Positions 9,281 through 23,148 of a DNA stretch of 64,000 bases are shown here, in pieces. This DNA is from Gekko japonicus (Eukaryota). Each line of letters starts with the position of its first letter. Within the stretch, counting starts at the first letter, position 1. The position numbers and the translations under genes are program-made. The notes under the pieces are model-generated. The model searched no databases, was not told where the DNA came from, and was given only the letters and a program-made list of their open reading frames with translations. Location of the stretch: NCBI RefSeq assembly GCF_001447785.1, contig NW_015176464.1:1-64000 (forward strand). The letters are read 5' to 3'.

Positions 9281-10638
9281 AAGACTCTTTCAGGTAGTGA
9301 AGACCGGGTCACAAAACCAACTCTTCTTCTTCATGCAAAGCAACAGTTCTGTGGCCACTGCACTGACCAAAGTCAATAGCCGATTGCTTCAATCTGCACT
9401 CATGATCCACCTCTCTGCCACAAAACTAGCCTGGTGCAACCTCCAAAACATTCCTGAGCTACTCCCGTTGGAAGCAAGAATCTGAAATTGGCCTGGAATT
9501 GTTCACAAACAGTTCATACATTATGTTTTTCCATTTCATTCTATACTCAAAATATCGAGGACTCCCCTCATAAACAGAAAGGGCCTTCTTTCTAACAGAA
9601 GATGTTGCCTGCTAGCAATACTCAAAGGCTGTTTTCTCTGAATGATGTAATTCTCTTTATAACCCGCTTCTGTGCTCCCAGCCTACAAGCTATAGAAATT
9701 TCTTCAGATGTTCTTAATCAAAAGGCAAACACATCTTAGTTGTTTGTCAAACACAAGCTTTTCATTACATGAGAACGAGGCAGATAGACAACATGCATTA
9801 AGACAACATTATTGGAAGATAACAACACCATTAATACTCCCCAATGGAAACTGCAGTACACAGTAAGTAGAACAGTTGGGGGAAATTGCAAATTAGGCAG
9901 GCTCATTTTGCATTTTATTGGAGAAGAGAGAATAAAATGGCAATGAGTGGAAGGGAAACCCTAATTATTGGAAGATGGGAGGTGCACTTTTTCCTAACTA
10001 AGCTTTTGAGCAGTCTCTGCTTTTCGTTTTTTCTCAATGCACACCTCTAACAGAGCTAGAGAAAAGAACAAGGAAGGCCTAAACTAAACTCAGTCTTGTA
10101 CCTCTACTACCATGTGCCTTAGGTGTCACATTTGCATGAAACTGAGTTTGCACAATGCACTTCACTGCACTTCATGCATCTGCAGACAGGTGCAAACTAA
10201 CCCCTACTCCTTCACACCAAGGATTATTAATATGGTTAAATGTCCAGTGTTTCAGGTAGGGATGCCAAACTCCAGGTGGGGGCCTGATGATCTCCCAGAA
10301 TTACAGCTCATCTCCAGACTATGGAGACCAGTTTCCCTGGAGAAAATGGATGTTTTGGAGGGTGGCACCACGCCCTGCTGAGGTCTCTGTCCTCCCCAGA
10401 TTCCATCCCCAAATCTCCAGGAGTCTCCCAGCCTGGGGTTGGCAATCATAATTCTGTGCTAGAGATCTCAGCACCCTACCCAAACTCAATTTCAAGGATT
10501 ATTTGGGGGAAACCATGACAGTTAAACTGCTACATGTTTGTGGTGTAGATATTGCCACATAAGTTCTCTATGTACTTGTGCTGCTCTGGCATGCTATAGC
10601 TGATACTGGTGGAGACCTGTCTGTTTTGCAGACACTGT

Positions 10639-11081
10639 GGCCCTGTTCATACGAGACGTTTTGGGCCGGGAGTGGGCCGGATTGGAAGCGCAGCAAACGG
10701 GTGCGATCCCAAGTCAACATCTGGCTGGCGTTGTGCTCCCGTCTCCAATCCGGCCCTTCCCCCGATGAATCGCTTCAAAACTGAACCACCTACCTAGGTG
10801 GTTCATCCATTTGGTCTGCATCACTGCTGGCCGTGGGATCACCGGCGCGTATTGCCGCCGGCGCATCCCCGGCCCCCAGCCGAACTGTGCATGTGTGAGC
10901 ATGCGCAGTTCGGCAGCCTCCCCCTCCCGAGCGTCCCTTCCTCCCCGGCGTCTGATCGTGCCGGGAAGCAACGACGCGCGGTGCACGGGATCCATGGGAT
11001 CCCGCCCGCGCGTCTCTTTTTTGGTGCGGCTCTCTTTAGCCGCGCTTTGCCGGGTGTTTTCCCTGCCGTGTGGCAAGGGCC
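10639..11081. mobile_element. PIF/Harbinger-type CpG-rich MITE; related partial copy at ~59451-59730
   Basis: Imperfect GGCCCT...AGGGCC TIRs, 3-bp TSD TGT, central palindrome GCCGAACTG(T/C)GCATG...CATGCGCAGTTCGGC. Confidence 0.7.
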
Positions 11082-11631
11082 TGTGTTTGGTGAAACATTT
11101 AAGTAATTTAGCAATCATGATCTATTGGTGTGATAAGGAGCTTCCCAGCCTAGAATCCCAATGGCAACATTGCTATCCGACATTTGTGCGACTAATTAAA
11201 TTTACTAGCCACCTCTAATAGAATTGGGCTGTGTTAGCCACAGAGCATCTGGGGCAGCTGCCCTGGGCCCTGAACTGGGGGGGGGGGTGTTTTTGGAGCC
11301 ACCACTACCCAAGCTGCTGTCCTGAAGCTTCTGCTGCTGCAGAGTCTCCACTGAGCTCCTGTGCTGCCTGAGAGACAAAGGTGAGAGTGATCACCTGTAG
11401 GGCAACTGCCCCTACTCTTCAGCTGATCTCTCTTCCCCCATTCTTCTTGAGTGATTCTAAGGCTCCATCCTTCAGTATTGCCAAGGGCCCCAGAATCATT
11501 AAGAACACCCCTGAATATAATACATTCTTAGCCTGGTGATACCTACTTGACTGACAAGATCTCGTTTCCTATATCTGAAGAAGTGTGCATGCACATGGAA
11601 GCTTATACCCAGAATAAAGCTTCATTAGTCT

Positions 11632-13262
11632 TTTTTTTTTTAAATCCCCGGAGGGATATTTTTTTATTTTGCAAATACTACAAAAACTACAAAGAAATAT
11701 TAGGGAAGGGACTACAACTAAGGATAAAGGAAAGCAAACCACACTAAACTAAAACCCCAAGAGGAGGTCTTTTCACTGTTAGTAAAAATGTTAGTATAAT
11801 TAGTTTTAGTATCACAATATACGTGTAGAGTTCTTGCTTATAACAATTCGTTATTTATATGTTATTTTGTTATGAGAGAAGTCTGATCATCTTCTTAGTC
11901 ATCACTTCAAAAGGCCATTTTCCAAGTCCTTCTGCCTTTACTTCGGCTTTCTGTCTCTAAAATCGTATACCACTCTGGCAGGTCCAGCACCCTTTTCTGC
12001 TGCAGAATCCTCATCCGTTCCTGAGGTAGCAGAGTCACTAGACTTCGTTTCTTCCTCTTTGGACTCTTTGTCTGTCCCCAGCTGACATCTCAAAAATTCT
12101 TTAGCTTTAAGAGTGGAGTCTATCTTCTCTCTTCTATTGTTGATCTTAAAGATGACACCCTCCAGAACCACCCACCTGTACGATATCCCATTAGTTTGAA
12201 GAAAAGAAATTAAGTCCTTATAATTTTTCCTCTTTTGTCTAATTTCAAATGGAATGTCCTTTAAGGTTTTGATGGTTACATTTCCCATTTTCAGTGGAGT
12301 TGCTGAAGTTGCTTTTAAAATGGCATCTCTGGTTTGTCTTCTTAAAAACCTAACCACTATTTCTCCAGGTAGGTTAATTTTTTTAACGTAATTGGAGTAA
12401 TCCCTGTAGACTGACTCCATTTGAAATTNNNNNNNNNNNNNNNNNNNNNNNNNNNNNNNNNNNNNNNNNNNNNNNNNNNNNNNNNNNNNNNNNNNNNNNN
12501 NNNNNNNNNNNNNNNNNNNNNNNNNNNNNNNNNNNNNNNNNNNNNNNNNNNNNNNNNNNNNNNNNNNNNNNNNNNNNNNNNNNNNNNNNNNNNNNNNNNN
12601 NNNNNNNNNNNNNNNNNNNNNNNNNNNNNNNNNNNNNNNNNNNNNNNNNNNNNNNNNNNNNNNNNNNNNNNNNNNNNNNNNNNNNNNNNNNNNNNNNNNN
12701 NNNNNNNNNNNNNNNNNNNNNNNNNNNNNNNNNNNNNNNNNNNNNNNNNNNNNNNNNNNNNNNNNNNNNNNNNNNNNNNNNNNNNNNNNNNNNNNNNNNN
12801 NNNNNNNNNNNNNNNNNNNNNNNNNNNNNNNNNNNNNNNNNNNNNNNNNNNNNNNNNNNNNNNNNNNNNNNNNNNNNNNNNNNNNNNNNNNNNNNNNNNN
12901 NNNNNNNNNNNNNNNNNNNNNNNNNNNNNNNNNNNNNNNNNNNNNNNNNNNNNNNNNNNNNNNNNNNNNNNNNNNNNNNNNNNNNNNNNNNNNNNNNNNN
13001 NNNNNNNNNNNNNNNNNNNNNNNNNNNNNNNNNNNNNNNNNNNNNNNNNNNNNNNNNNNNNNNNNNNNNNNNNNNNNNNNNNNNNNNNNNNNNNNNNNNN
13101 NNNNNNNNNNNNNNNNNNNNNNNNNNNNNNNNNNNNNNNNNNNNNNNNNNNNNNNNNNNNNNNNNNNNNNNNNNNNNNNNNNNAGGCTACTGCCGTGTGA
13201 GCCGCCCTGCCCTGTCTTGGGAAGAGCTTCCGCCATCGCTGTTCCATAGACCAGAAGTTCCA
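11632..13262 (-). mobile_element. L1-clade ORF1-only retroelement (HAL1-like)
   Basis: ORF1 C-terminus (PGEIVVRFLRRQTRDAILKA...KDIPFEIRQKRK...GISYRWVV) stops at 11938, ~300-nt 3'UTR, poly(A) at 11632-11641, 16-bp TSD AAAGCTTCATTA(G/A)TCT; middle is a gap. Confidence 0.75.
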
Positions 13263-14504
13263 AAAGCTTCATTAATCTTAAAGGTGCCACTGGACTCAAA
13301 CTTTGTTCTGTCCTATAATGAGATATCCGTTCTTTTCTCCACTTGTCAGTAGAGTTCATCTAGGAGCTTTCCTTTAGTTAAAAGTATTTTAGCGTGCCAG
13401 AAATTTTTGCACATTCATTCTGCCCCTTTAGAATGCCTTGAAAATAGTTTTCTCCCTCTCACATTAACAATAATTTCATGTTATCCAATGAACTTGATTG
13501 GCAGTAGAATGAGGACAGACAAATGAAAAGTATTTCTTCACATGACAAACAATTTAACTGCTAAAAGATGTGATGCAGGTTTTCATCTTAGTTGACTCCA
13601 GAAAGGGATGAGACAAATAAATGGAGAAGACATCTTCCAGCATCTACTAGCTATGATGACTAACTGAAACCTCCATCCTCAGAGGTAATACACCACTGGA
13701 TGCCAGTTATAGTGACAGGCAGCAGGCAAGGAATATTGCCTTCATGCTTGCCAAATGAATCTATCTGGTCACTTTGAGAAACTGGTTATTAGACTAGATG
13801 CTTGGTCTGTTCCAGCAGGTAATCCTTATGTCATATTCTTAAACCTTTTCTGATGTCACAGTAAAATGTGCCTTCAGTTTTAGTTCAGAAAAAAGTACAC
13901 CACATCTATACAAAGTTTGGGAAGATTTCTCCAGGCTTTCATCTTAATGTAACAACATCTCATCTTCCCCTCCAACAGCTCAAGAGCTAAGAAGCATGAA
14001 ATGCCAGTGAGACGTAGGGTCATCACCCCATCATTTTCCCAACCCAACTCACACATCAAAGAGTTTGTAAAGAAAATGACTTTGTATTGCTTTGCAGTAG
14101 CTATTATCTCATCCCCTGGTTTGTGTGTGTGGATTGTCCCCCCCCCCCCAACAAGGCCTCCCCATTTCATTGCAAATGTATACCATTTGCTGCCAGAGGA
14201 CAGGTAATTGAAACCAAAAGAAAAACAATGAAAAGAGGATGAGGATGAATCACTACAATCTATATTTTCTGATAGGAAAAAACAAAAATAAAATGTATTT
14301 TCACAGGAAGATGATAAAGATTTTATTTAAAATTGCTCCCCACCCTTTTCATTAAGCTTCTTATTGTGTATCTTTTAGGAAAAGCTTGCAGCTCCCAAAG
14401 AAACAAACAAAAATAAATGTCCCCCTTTGCAAAGGCAGCAGCTGAATGTGACTAGACACATAGGGGTGAAATTATTGAATAAAGACACATGTGTTCCACC
14501 TATG

Positions 14505-14830
14505 TATATGTATGTGTGTGCTGTCAAGTCACTTCTGACTTATGAAAACCCTATGGATTCATGACCTCTAAAATGTCTTGTCATTAACAGCCTTGCAAAC
14601 TGAAGGGTGTGGCTGTCTTTAGTCAATCCATCTCATGGTGGATCTTCCTCTTTTCCAGTGAGTCTTGTCTTCTCATAATGTAACCAGAAGACAATAGCCT
14701 AAGTTTGGTTATTTTAGCTTCTTGGGAGAGTTCAGGCTTGATTTGATCTAGGAACCACTTATTTGTCTTTTGGCAGTTCATGGTATCCATAAAACTCTCC
14801 TCCAACACCACATTTCAAATGAATCTACTT
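14505..14830 (-). mobile_element. Degenerate RTE LINE 3' fragment
   Basis: Translation LDQIKPELSQEAKITKLRLLSSGYIMRRQDSLEK resembles an RTE RT C-terminus. Confidence 0.65.
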
Positions 14831-15785
14831 TTGTTCCAACTACCTGTGCATTATGTAGAAGAAGACTGTACCATTTCAGACTGTAGGGAGGGGTGTCATG
14901 TTTTTGATCATTGCAGCTGTAGCTGGATCCTGGTCTTATGTCAGAGCACAAGAAAAGAAACAGTATTTACGTATACACTTTATTCAGTTTTCTATGGATG
15001 TCATCCAATTCAAGACACCTTAGTCAACTAATGTATGAGTTTTCATTAATAAGTTATTTCTGAGTGTTTCCCAATTATATGAGTGCAGGTGACATCAGGC
15101 ATTACTTCAGTCGAAGCATTACCTCCAACATAAGAGAGAAGGTGGGAATGCCCCTTCTAAGATGGTGCCTACCATGCATTTTTTTCAAAGTATTCCATTA
15201 ACATTAAATTTTCCTGATCAATCAAGAGCAGCTATTGAGCCACTCAAACTTTCCTTAGAGATTAATCTGACCAATTAACCAGTTTCCAACACAATCATAC
15301 GAATATAAGAGAAGCCAATGTTGGATCAGGCCAATGGCCCATCTAGTCCAACACTCTGTCACACAGTGCCCAAAAAATACCAAGTGCCATCAGGAGGTCC
15401 ACCAGCAGGGCCAAGACTCTAGAAACCCTCCCACTGTTGCCCCCCCGGCACCAAGAATACACTGCATCACTTGCCCCAGACTGAGAGTTCCTATCTATAC
15501 CTTGTGGCTTATCTAATTCCCTCTTGAAGCCATCCATGCTTGTAGCCGCCGCCACCTCCTGTGGCGGTGAATTCCATGTGTTAATCACTCTTTGGGTGAA
15601 GAAGTATCTCCTTTTATCTAACCCGACTGCTCAGCAATTTCATTGAGCGCCCATGAGTTCTTGTATTGTGAGAAAGGGAGAAAGGTACTTCTTTCTCTAC
15701 CTGCTCTATCCCATGCATAATCTTATAAACCTTGATCATGTCACCCCATAGCCATCATTTCTCCAAGCTAAAGAGCCCCAAGCGT

Positions 15786-16360
15786 CAGGGCTATTTTTGG
15801 GCAGGAACGCACAGGAACAGAGTTCCGGCTGGCTCCTGAGTTGGCCACGCCCAGCAGGAACTCATTAGCATAATAGGCCACACCCAACAGCAGAAACTCA
15901 TTAGGATTGGCTACATTAGGGGTGTGTGGCCTAACATGCAAAGGAGTCCCTGCTACAAGTCCCTGCTACAAAAAAAGGCCCTGGGTTTTGACAACAAACA
16001 AGGTAAACAGAACAACAAGCAAAAGGTGGGTGTGGCTGGATGAGCACACTTCTGGTAACATGGGGGTGCGGCCTAATGTGCGAATGAGCTGTGCTGTCAG
16101 GGGTCTGGCCCAATATGCTAATGAGTTCCTGCTGTTGGGTGTGGCCTATTATGCTAATGACAAACAAGGTAAACAGAATAAGAAGCAAAAGGTTGTTGTG
16201 GCTGGATGACCACACTTCTGGTAACATGTGGGTGTGGCCTAATAGGCTAATGAGTAGTGCTGTCAGGGGTGTGGCCTAATATGCTAATGAGCTTCTGCTA
16301 TTGGGTGTGGCCTATTATGCTAATGAGTTCCTGCTGGGCTTTTCTACAAAAAAAGCCCTG
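15786..16360. mobile_element. hAT MITE (TIR CAGGGCTATTTT) with internal CTCATTAGCATA repeats; family copies at 22219-22505, ~24242-24636, 44243-44638
   Basis: 8-bp TSDs CCAAGCGT (here), CAGATAAG (22219 copy), GAGGTATC (44243 copy). Confidence 0.85.
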
Positions 16361-17851
16361 CCAAGCGTTTTAACCTTTCTTCATAAGGAAAGTGTCCCAA
16401 CCCTTTTATCATTCTAGCTACCCTTTTCTGCACTTTTTCCAATGTTATAATATCCTTTTTGAGGTGTGGTGACCAGAGCTGTACACAGTACTCCAAATGA
16501 GGTTGCACCATTGATTTATACAGGGGCGTTATAAGACTGGCTGATTTGTTTTCAATTCTCTTCCCTATAATCCCCAGCATAGCATTGACCTTTATTGCAG
16601 TTGCACACTGTCTAGACATTTTCATTGAGTTATCTACTATGACTCCAAGATCTCTCTCTTGGTCAGTCTCTGCCAGTTCAGACCCCATCAATGCGTATTT
16701 ATAGTTAGGATTTTTTGCTCCAATGNNNNNNNNNNNNNNNNNNNNNNNNNNNNNNNNNNNNNNNNNNNNNNNNNNNNNNNNNNNNNNNNNNNNNNNNNNN
16801 NNNNNNNNNNNNNNNNNNNNNNNNNNNNNNNNNNNNNNNNNNNNNNNNNNNNNNNNNNNNNNNNNNNNNNNNNNNNNNNNNNNNNNNNNNNNNNNNNNNN
16901 NNNNNNNNNNNNNNNNNNNNNNNNNNNNNNNNNNNNNNNNNNNNNNNNNNNNNNNNNNNNNNNNNNNNNNNNNNNNNNNNNNNNNNNNNNNNNNNNNNNN
17001 NNNNNNNNNNNNNNNNNNNNNNNNNNNNNNNNNNNNNNNNNNAAAAAAATTCCCATTTATACTCACTCTCTGTTTCCTATTAATTAGCCAGTTTTTGATC
17101 CACAAGAGGACTTGTCCTTTTATCCCGTGACTATTGAGCTTACTTAGGAGCCTTTGATGAGGAACTTTAGCAAAAGCTTTCTGGAAGTCAAGGTAAACAA
17201 CATCTATTGGGTCCCCCTCGTTCACATGTTTGTTCACTCCCTCAAAAAACACAGGTTAGTGAGACAAGATCTTCCCTTACAGAACCCATGCTGAGTCTGC
17301 CTCATAGCTTTTATTTATCAATGTGCCTACTAATTCTTTCCTTAATAACAGTTTCCACCAACTTACCTGATATTCACAAAAGACTGACTGGCCTGTAATT
17401 TCCCGGATCTCCTCTGGAACCCTTTTTAAAGACGGGAGTGACATCAGCTACCTTCCAGTCCTCAGGAATGGAGGCAGATTTTAAGGAAAGATTACATATT
17501 TTTGTCAGGAGATCCACAAGTTCACATTTGAGTTCTTTCAGAACTCTTGGATGTATGCCATCTGGGCCTGGTGATTTATCAGTTTTTAAGTTGTCTATCA
17601 GTAGTAGGACCTCCTCTCTCGTCACCTCAATCTGACTCAGGTCTTTCAACACACATCCCAAAATCAGTGGTTCTGGAGTGGGCAAGCACTTCTCATCTTC
17701 CACAGTGAAGACAGAGGCAAAAAAATGCATTCAGCTTCTCTGCCATTTCCCTATCATCCTTCAGTACTCTTTTTACCCCTTGGTCATCCAAGGGCCCCAC
17801 TGCCTCCCTGGCTGGTTTCCTGCTTCTAATGTATTTGAAGAAAGTTTTATT

Positions 17852-18294
17852 GGCCCTGGTCACACGGGAGGATTTACCCCACGAAACAGATGGGTTGAGG
17901 GTGGATTAAACCGGCGCGATTAGATGCCAACATCTTGCAAGCGTCACACACCCACCCCCAACCCGTCGCTACTGGCCGAAAACGCGGATTTAAAAGAGAC
18001 CTGCAAAAGACTACTACTTACTGGGAAACGTGCAGCATGGGCAGCCGTATGATCGCCAACATGCCCGTATCCCATGGTATGTGAGGCCCTGCCACACTGC
18101 ACATGCGCACAACTGTGCAGCTGCCTCGCCTCGCCCTTCGTCCCATCGCTTCCCCCTCAGCATGTGATCCTGCCGAGGAGCAAATGCGGCACGGCTCGGG
18201 GGATCTGTCTGATCCCAATGCTGCACTTCAATTTGCTGCGGCTGTAAAAAGCCGCACTTCTACCGCAGCTTTTCCCGCTAGTGTGACCGGGGCC
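17852..18294. mobile_element. PIF/Harbinger-type MITE in CR1
   Basis: TIR GGCCCTGGTCACAC / GTGTGACCGGGGCC, 3-bp TSD ATT. Confidence 0.8.
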
Positions 18295-18972
18295 ATTGTT
18301 GGTCTTTACGTTTTTTGCGATATGCTCCTCATATTCCCTTTTTGCCTGCCTGATCACAGACTTGCATTTTATTTGCCACAGCCTGTATTCCCTTTTATCA
18401 ACCTCACTGAGACTAGCTTTCCACCGCTTAAAGGAATCCTTCTTACCTTTTACAGCTTCCATTACTTTGTTAACCATATAGGCTTTTTTCTATACCTATT
18501 TGTGCCTTTCCTAACCTGTGGTATATATATTTTTTCTGAGCTTCTAGGATTGTAGTTTTAAATAGTTTCCAAGCTTCCCCAATGGTTTTGACCCTTTCTA
18601 CATTTCCTTTCAGTTTCCTCCTCACATGTCCCCTCATATCAGAGAAGTTACCCCTTTTAAAGTTAAAAGTGGTTGTGTCAGTCTTTTTGGGCAACTCCCT
18701 ATTTATACAAATGTTAAACTCAATAACATTATGGTCACTGTTCCCAAGCGGTGCAATCACTTTTACATCTCTCACAAAGTCTTGGGCATTACTTAGAACC
18801 AAATCCAGGATCTCCTCTCCCCTTGTATGTTCTGTGACCATCTGTTCCATAGCACAGTGATTGAGAGCGTCTAGAAACTCAATCTTTTTTCCCCATTTGA
18901 ACACATATTGACCCAATCGATGTGTGGGTAGTTCAAATCAACTATTATGGCACAGTTATTTTGTCTAGCCAC

Positions 18973-19274
18973 CAGGGGTCATTTCGTAGAAAAAGAGCTA
19001 GGGGGACTCATTAGCATAACTCATTAGCATATGCCACACCCCCTGACATCACCGGAAGTGTGTCATAAGGACACGCCCCCTGACATCATTGGGTTCCCAT
19101 TCCTAAGGTGGAGGCAGGGGATCTCCCGCAATTGCGAGGAGGAGGAGGCGGCCTGGGCGGGTCACGGCGGCGCAGGCAAGCCGCGGAACGGCGGGGCTGC
19201 TTCTGGCAGCGGCGGCTTCCCCCACGCTCAGCCGCCCGCTTCGTCCCCCCAAATCCCCCCCCAAATGACCCCTG
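18973..19274. mobile_element. hAT MITE in CR1
   Basis: TIR CAGGGGTCATTT / AAATGACCCCTG, 8-bp TSD CTAGCCAC. Confidence 0.85.
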
Positions 19275-21800
19275 CTAGCCACTATCTTTAATTCATTCAT
19301 CATTTTATAATCCTCCTCTATCTTTTGATCTGGTGGGTGATAACAAACTCCCAATGTTAAGCTTCCTTTTGGGCCCACTATTTCAACCCATAGCATTTCC
19401 AGAAGCAAATCCAATTTTCTTACCCTCTCAATCTTACTGGGCTGTATAACCTCTCTGACATACAGAGCCACCCCACCTCCAACCCTTCCCCCCCATCTTT
19501 CCGATATAATTTATAACCAGGAATCACCGTATCCCACTGATTTTCCTCACCCACCAAGTTTCTGAAATACCCACAATGTCTATCCCCCCCCCCCAAACAC
19601 CAAGCATTCCAATTCCCCAATTTTATTTCGGACACTTCTAGCATTTTTGTATAAACACCTATAGTTTCCCATGCATGTTAAGCCCACAGCCTTCCTATAC
19701 AGAGACTGTCCAGTCTAGGCACACTGATTTCAGCAGACTCAGAAGGGAGTAATTCTGCATACAATTGCACTGTAAATGCTTCAGTGCTATGTTTTACTTA
19801 TTTACTCAGAACTCATATTGCTTTTTTTTAGTCTCTTTTTAACTTTACTTTATTCATTTATTCACTTGCTTTACTCAACTTGCATAAATCCAAAATCCCT
19901 TTGGCAAATGGTAGTAGCTGCACAGTTCTTTGGATCCTGGCCTGTACTTGTGGATTCTAATTAAAAATAAAACTGCAAAATTGCTTTCTGTGTATCTTGC
20001 TATCTTCTCCTTACGTAAGGGGGAAGAAGAAGGAGGAACAGTACAGGTGGCTTAAAAAGAAAATATACTGCCTAAGCCCTTTTCCTGAATGGGATTCTAA
20101 TCAGCAGCGTTGCAGCTGCAACACAGTGTTTTGTGTTCCTGTGAGTCATTACAGCAAGGGCCAGCAGACATCATCTGCCAATGTATACTTGTAAAATAAC
20201 GAAACAGTTTCCCAAGAAAAAGTTAAAATGAAACTGATTTTAGAAACTAGTTGGCATTTTCTTTGCATCCTGATTACTGCCTGTGGAAATCTTTTGAAAA
20301 CCTTTGTACTAGACACAAGCACAAAATCATGACGGTAAGCAGCACTCTTTCACTCCAAGAGCTTCAGGAAGGAGGCCTACTTGGTATAGAGATTAGGGGT
20401 AAAAATTGGAAAGGAAAGGCTTACTCAAGCATATTGAGATCCACATATGTTGGGGCCAGAGGAGAAGGATTAATAAAATGTATGGTTACAACTAAGAATG
20501 TATTGCCTTGTGTTTAATTGGGTGACCAAGACCAGCTTGGAACTTCTGGAGAAAAGTTACTGTGCTTCCAGTGCCCCTGAATGAGAAATGCAACACGATT
20601 TTGGGCTCATTGCACAATTAAGTGCATAGTTAACATGCTGGCCTGATTTCACCCAGAGGTCAGCCAGCATAAGAAATCATAACTTTTAAATTCAAACTAT
20701 GCAGAAAATGGGCCTCTCACCATGCTGAATATATTATTGATGATGTTTATCTTGAACAAAGTAAAGCCATATTTTGCTTTAAAAGTTAAGCGCTCCACCT
20801 CTCAGACTTGCTTAACTTTTGCTATCCCTTATGTGTACTGCATAGAGTCCACATCTGTTCAACTCTGGTAAAATCCAGGCAGCATTCCAAATACTCCTTG
20901 ATAGGCATTAATCAACCCCCTGCTAGACAAGTGCCCAGGTACAGGAGGCCTGTCCTCCTTTGCATCTGGTCACCCTGTCTATGAATTTAGCTAAGCTTTT
21001 CTCCAGAAGAGAGGCACATCATGCAAGCTTTACACACAAAAAAAACCCTGCCTGCTTTTTCCAAGTTATAGCTTGTCATCCTAACTCTCTGAGGAGCACA
21101 TATTACCACTTATTGACTTGGACACACTATCTACCTTGGCAGGTGACACTGTTGCCCTTCTCACCCAAGCTGCACGTAGCTGAGTTATAACGGCAATACT
21201 CAGCAACTTTAAATCAGGCAGAACATTTCCAGTGGCCACCATTCATTGCTACAGTTGCACATCTCCACAAGGTGGCTTTTCTATTTGAATAAAACATTTT
21301 AAATTGCAAAACCTCTACTCCATGCATATCTTTATTGCTTACAGTGCCAAAAAGTACAGCTCTGTTGATCAGACTTATTCAGAGCTCGTTCCTGCATTAG
21401 AGAATCTAGAAAAACAGAAGCATGAGTAACTGGCACATCTGCTTTCCCTGGCCTGTTTAGTTGCATATGAAGCAGGACTCCTGCATCTATCTCACAGAGA
21501 GGCCTGGAAATCATCAGAAGTTTCTAAACCCATTTCCAAATACTACTTTGGGGCTCACAGAAGAAGAGCTGGATTTATACCCTTGCCCTTCACTTGGAGT
21601 CTCAGAACGGCTTACAATTCCCTTTCCTTCTTCTCCCCACAACAGACAGACAGACACCTGTGAGGTAGGTAGGTCTGAGAGAGCGCTGAAAGAACTGCTC
21701 TTGAGAGAGCAAACTGTTACTGACTCAAAGTCACGCCAGCAGCTGCATGTGGAGAAGTGGGGAATCAATCCCAGTTCTCCCCGATTAGAGTCTGCCACTC

Positions 21801-22755
21801 TGTTAGAGAATGAACTTGATATTTTGATTTATGAACTATATTCATTGCTACAATATTGGCCACTCCTGTTAGGTAACCACTCCTCCCTACATGCAACCAA
21901 TAGGATTGTTTTTGGGATGGACTAACAGGGAGGTGAGCCAGGAGTTTGGCACGGCCACCACCCACCTCCTATATCCCCCGATAAAAGGAGAGAACCAGTC
22001 ACATGATCTCTCTCTCTCTCCTACTTGATTAGCTAGCATCTCCCCCGCAACAACCCCTGTCTGCTTTTAACCCTCTTAAGTCCCACTTGCTATCCCCAAA
22101 CCTTGACTCCACTGCCCACATGTTCTGGCTGGTTCTGGTCGTGTGTGAATTTCCTTAGTTTTCCATTTCTTCCCCTCTATTCTTCATTGGAACAACCAAA
22201 GCTGCGAAGACAGATAAGCAGGGCTACTTTTGGGCAGGAATGAGGGTGTGTGGCCTAACATGCAAAGGAGTTCCTGCTACAAAAAAAGCCCTGGGTTTTG
22301 ACAACAAACAAGGTAAACAGAATAAAAAGCAAAAGGTGGGTGTGACTGGATAACCACACTTCTGGTAACATGAGGGTGCATCCTAATGTGCTAATAAGCT
22401 GTGCTGGCAGGGGTGTGGCCTAATATGCTAATGAGTTTCTGGTGCTGGGTGTGGCCTATTATGCTAATGAGTTTCTGCTGGGTATTTTCTACAAAAAGAG
22501 CCCTGCAGATAAGTACAGCCCATCATCACCCTACCTGCTAATGCAACTGTATTTCTAAGGAACTTGATTGAATGTATGAGTGCATCAGTATTGTTTGTAT
22601 GAGATTTATTTTCTTAAGTAAAAGACATTTATTTTAGCAACAACAGCCTCGTTGTCCTTCTCTGGTAACCCTTGGTGGGAACAGGACCTTGGTATAGTTG
22701 GCAAGCACCCATTTATAAATTGCCAATTGCTGTAAATAAAGCAATTCGGCTAACA
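21801..22755 (+). mobile_element. Solo LTR (Gypsy/ERV-type) inside a SINE, containing a hAT MITE
   Basis: TGTTAG...CTAACA termini, 4-bp TSD ACTC. Confidence 0.8.
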
Positions 22756-23148
22756 ACTCTTAACCACTACACCAAACTGGCTCTCCTGTCCTCCTGCTGT
22801 ATGAATATTAAAAATAATGCACAAAAGATCATTAGAATAGATTGTAACAGATTCAGTAACAAAAAGTCATTAAAAATTAGTTACAAAAGAAAACAAAGCC
22901 TTCAGCAAACAAGCAGCCCTTAGTTATTCTAAGAACATTAAAAGCACTATCAGTAAAATCAACATTCATTATTTGTTTGCTTCAAAAGGTATGCTTAGAG
23001 ATTCTAGGAATGTGCAGCAGCATCAAAATTCAAATTTGGGATTTGGAGCTGTGACTCAGAATTCTAAAAATCTGAATATTCAGAATCCCATTGAAGTCAA
23101 CAGGAAATAATAACAATTTTTCACTTAAAAACAAACAAAACAAAAAAG

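Larger units (their letters stand above)
15295..19670 (-). mobile_element. CR1 LINE ORF2 (APE endonuclease + RT, frameshifted) with 3' tail, carrying three nested MITEs
   Basis: Motifs LGVCYHPP, LDLVLSN, LGNSDHN, KSPGPDGIHPRVLKEL, GNYRPVSL, VYLDFQKAF, HLEYCVQLWSP; NTWNSPPQEV tail. Confidence 0.95.
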
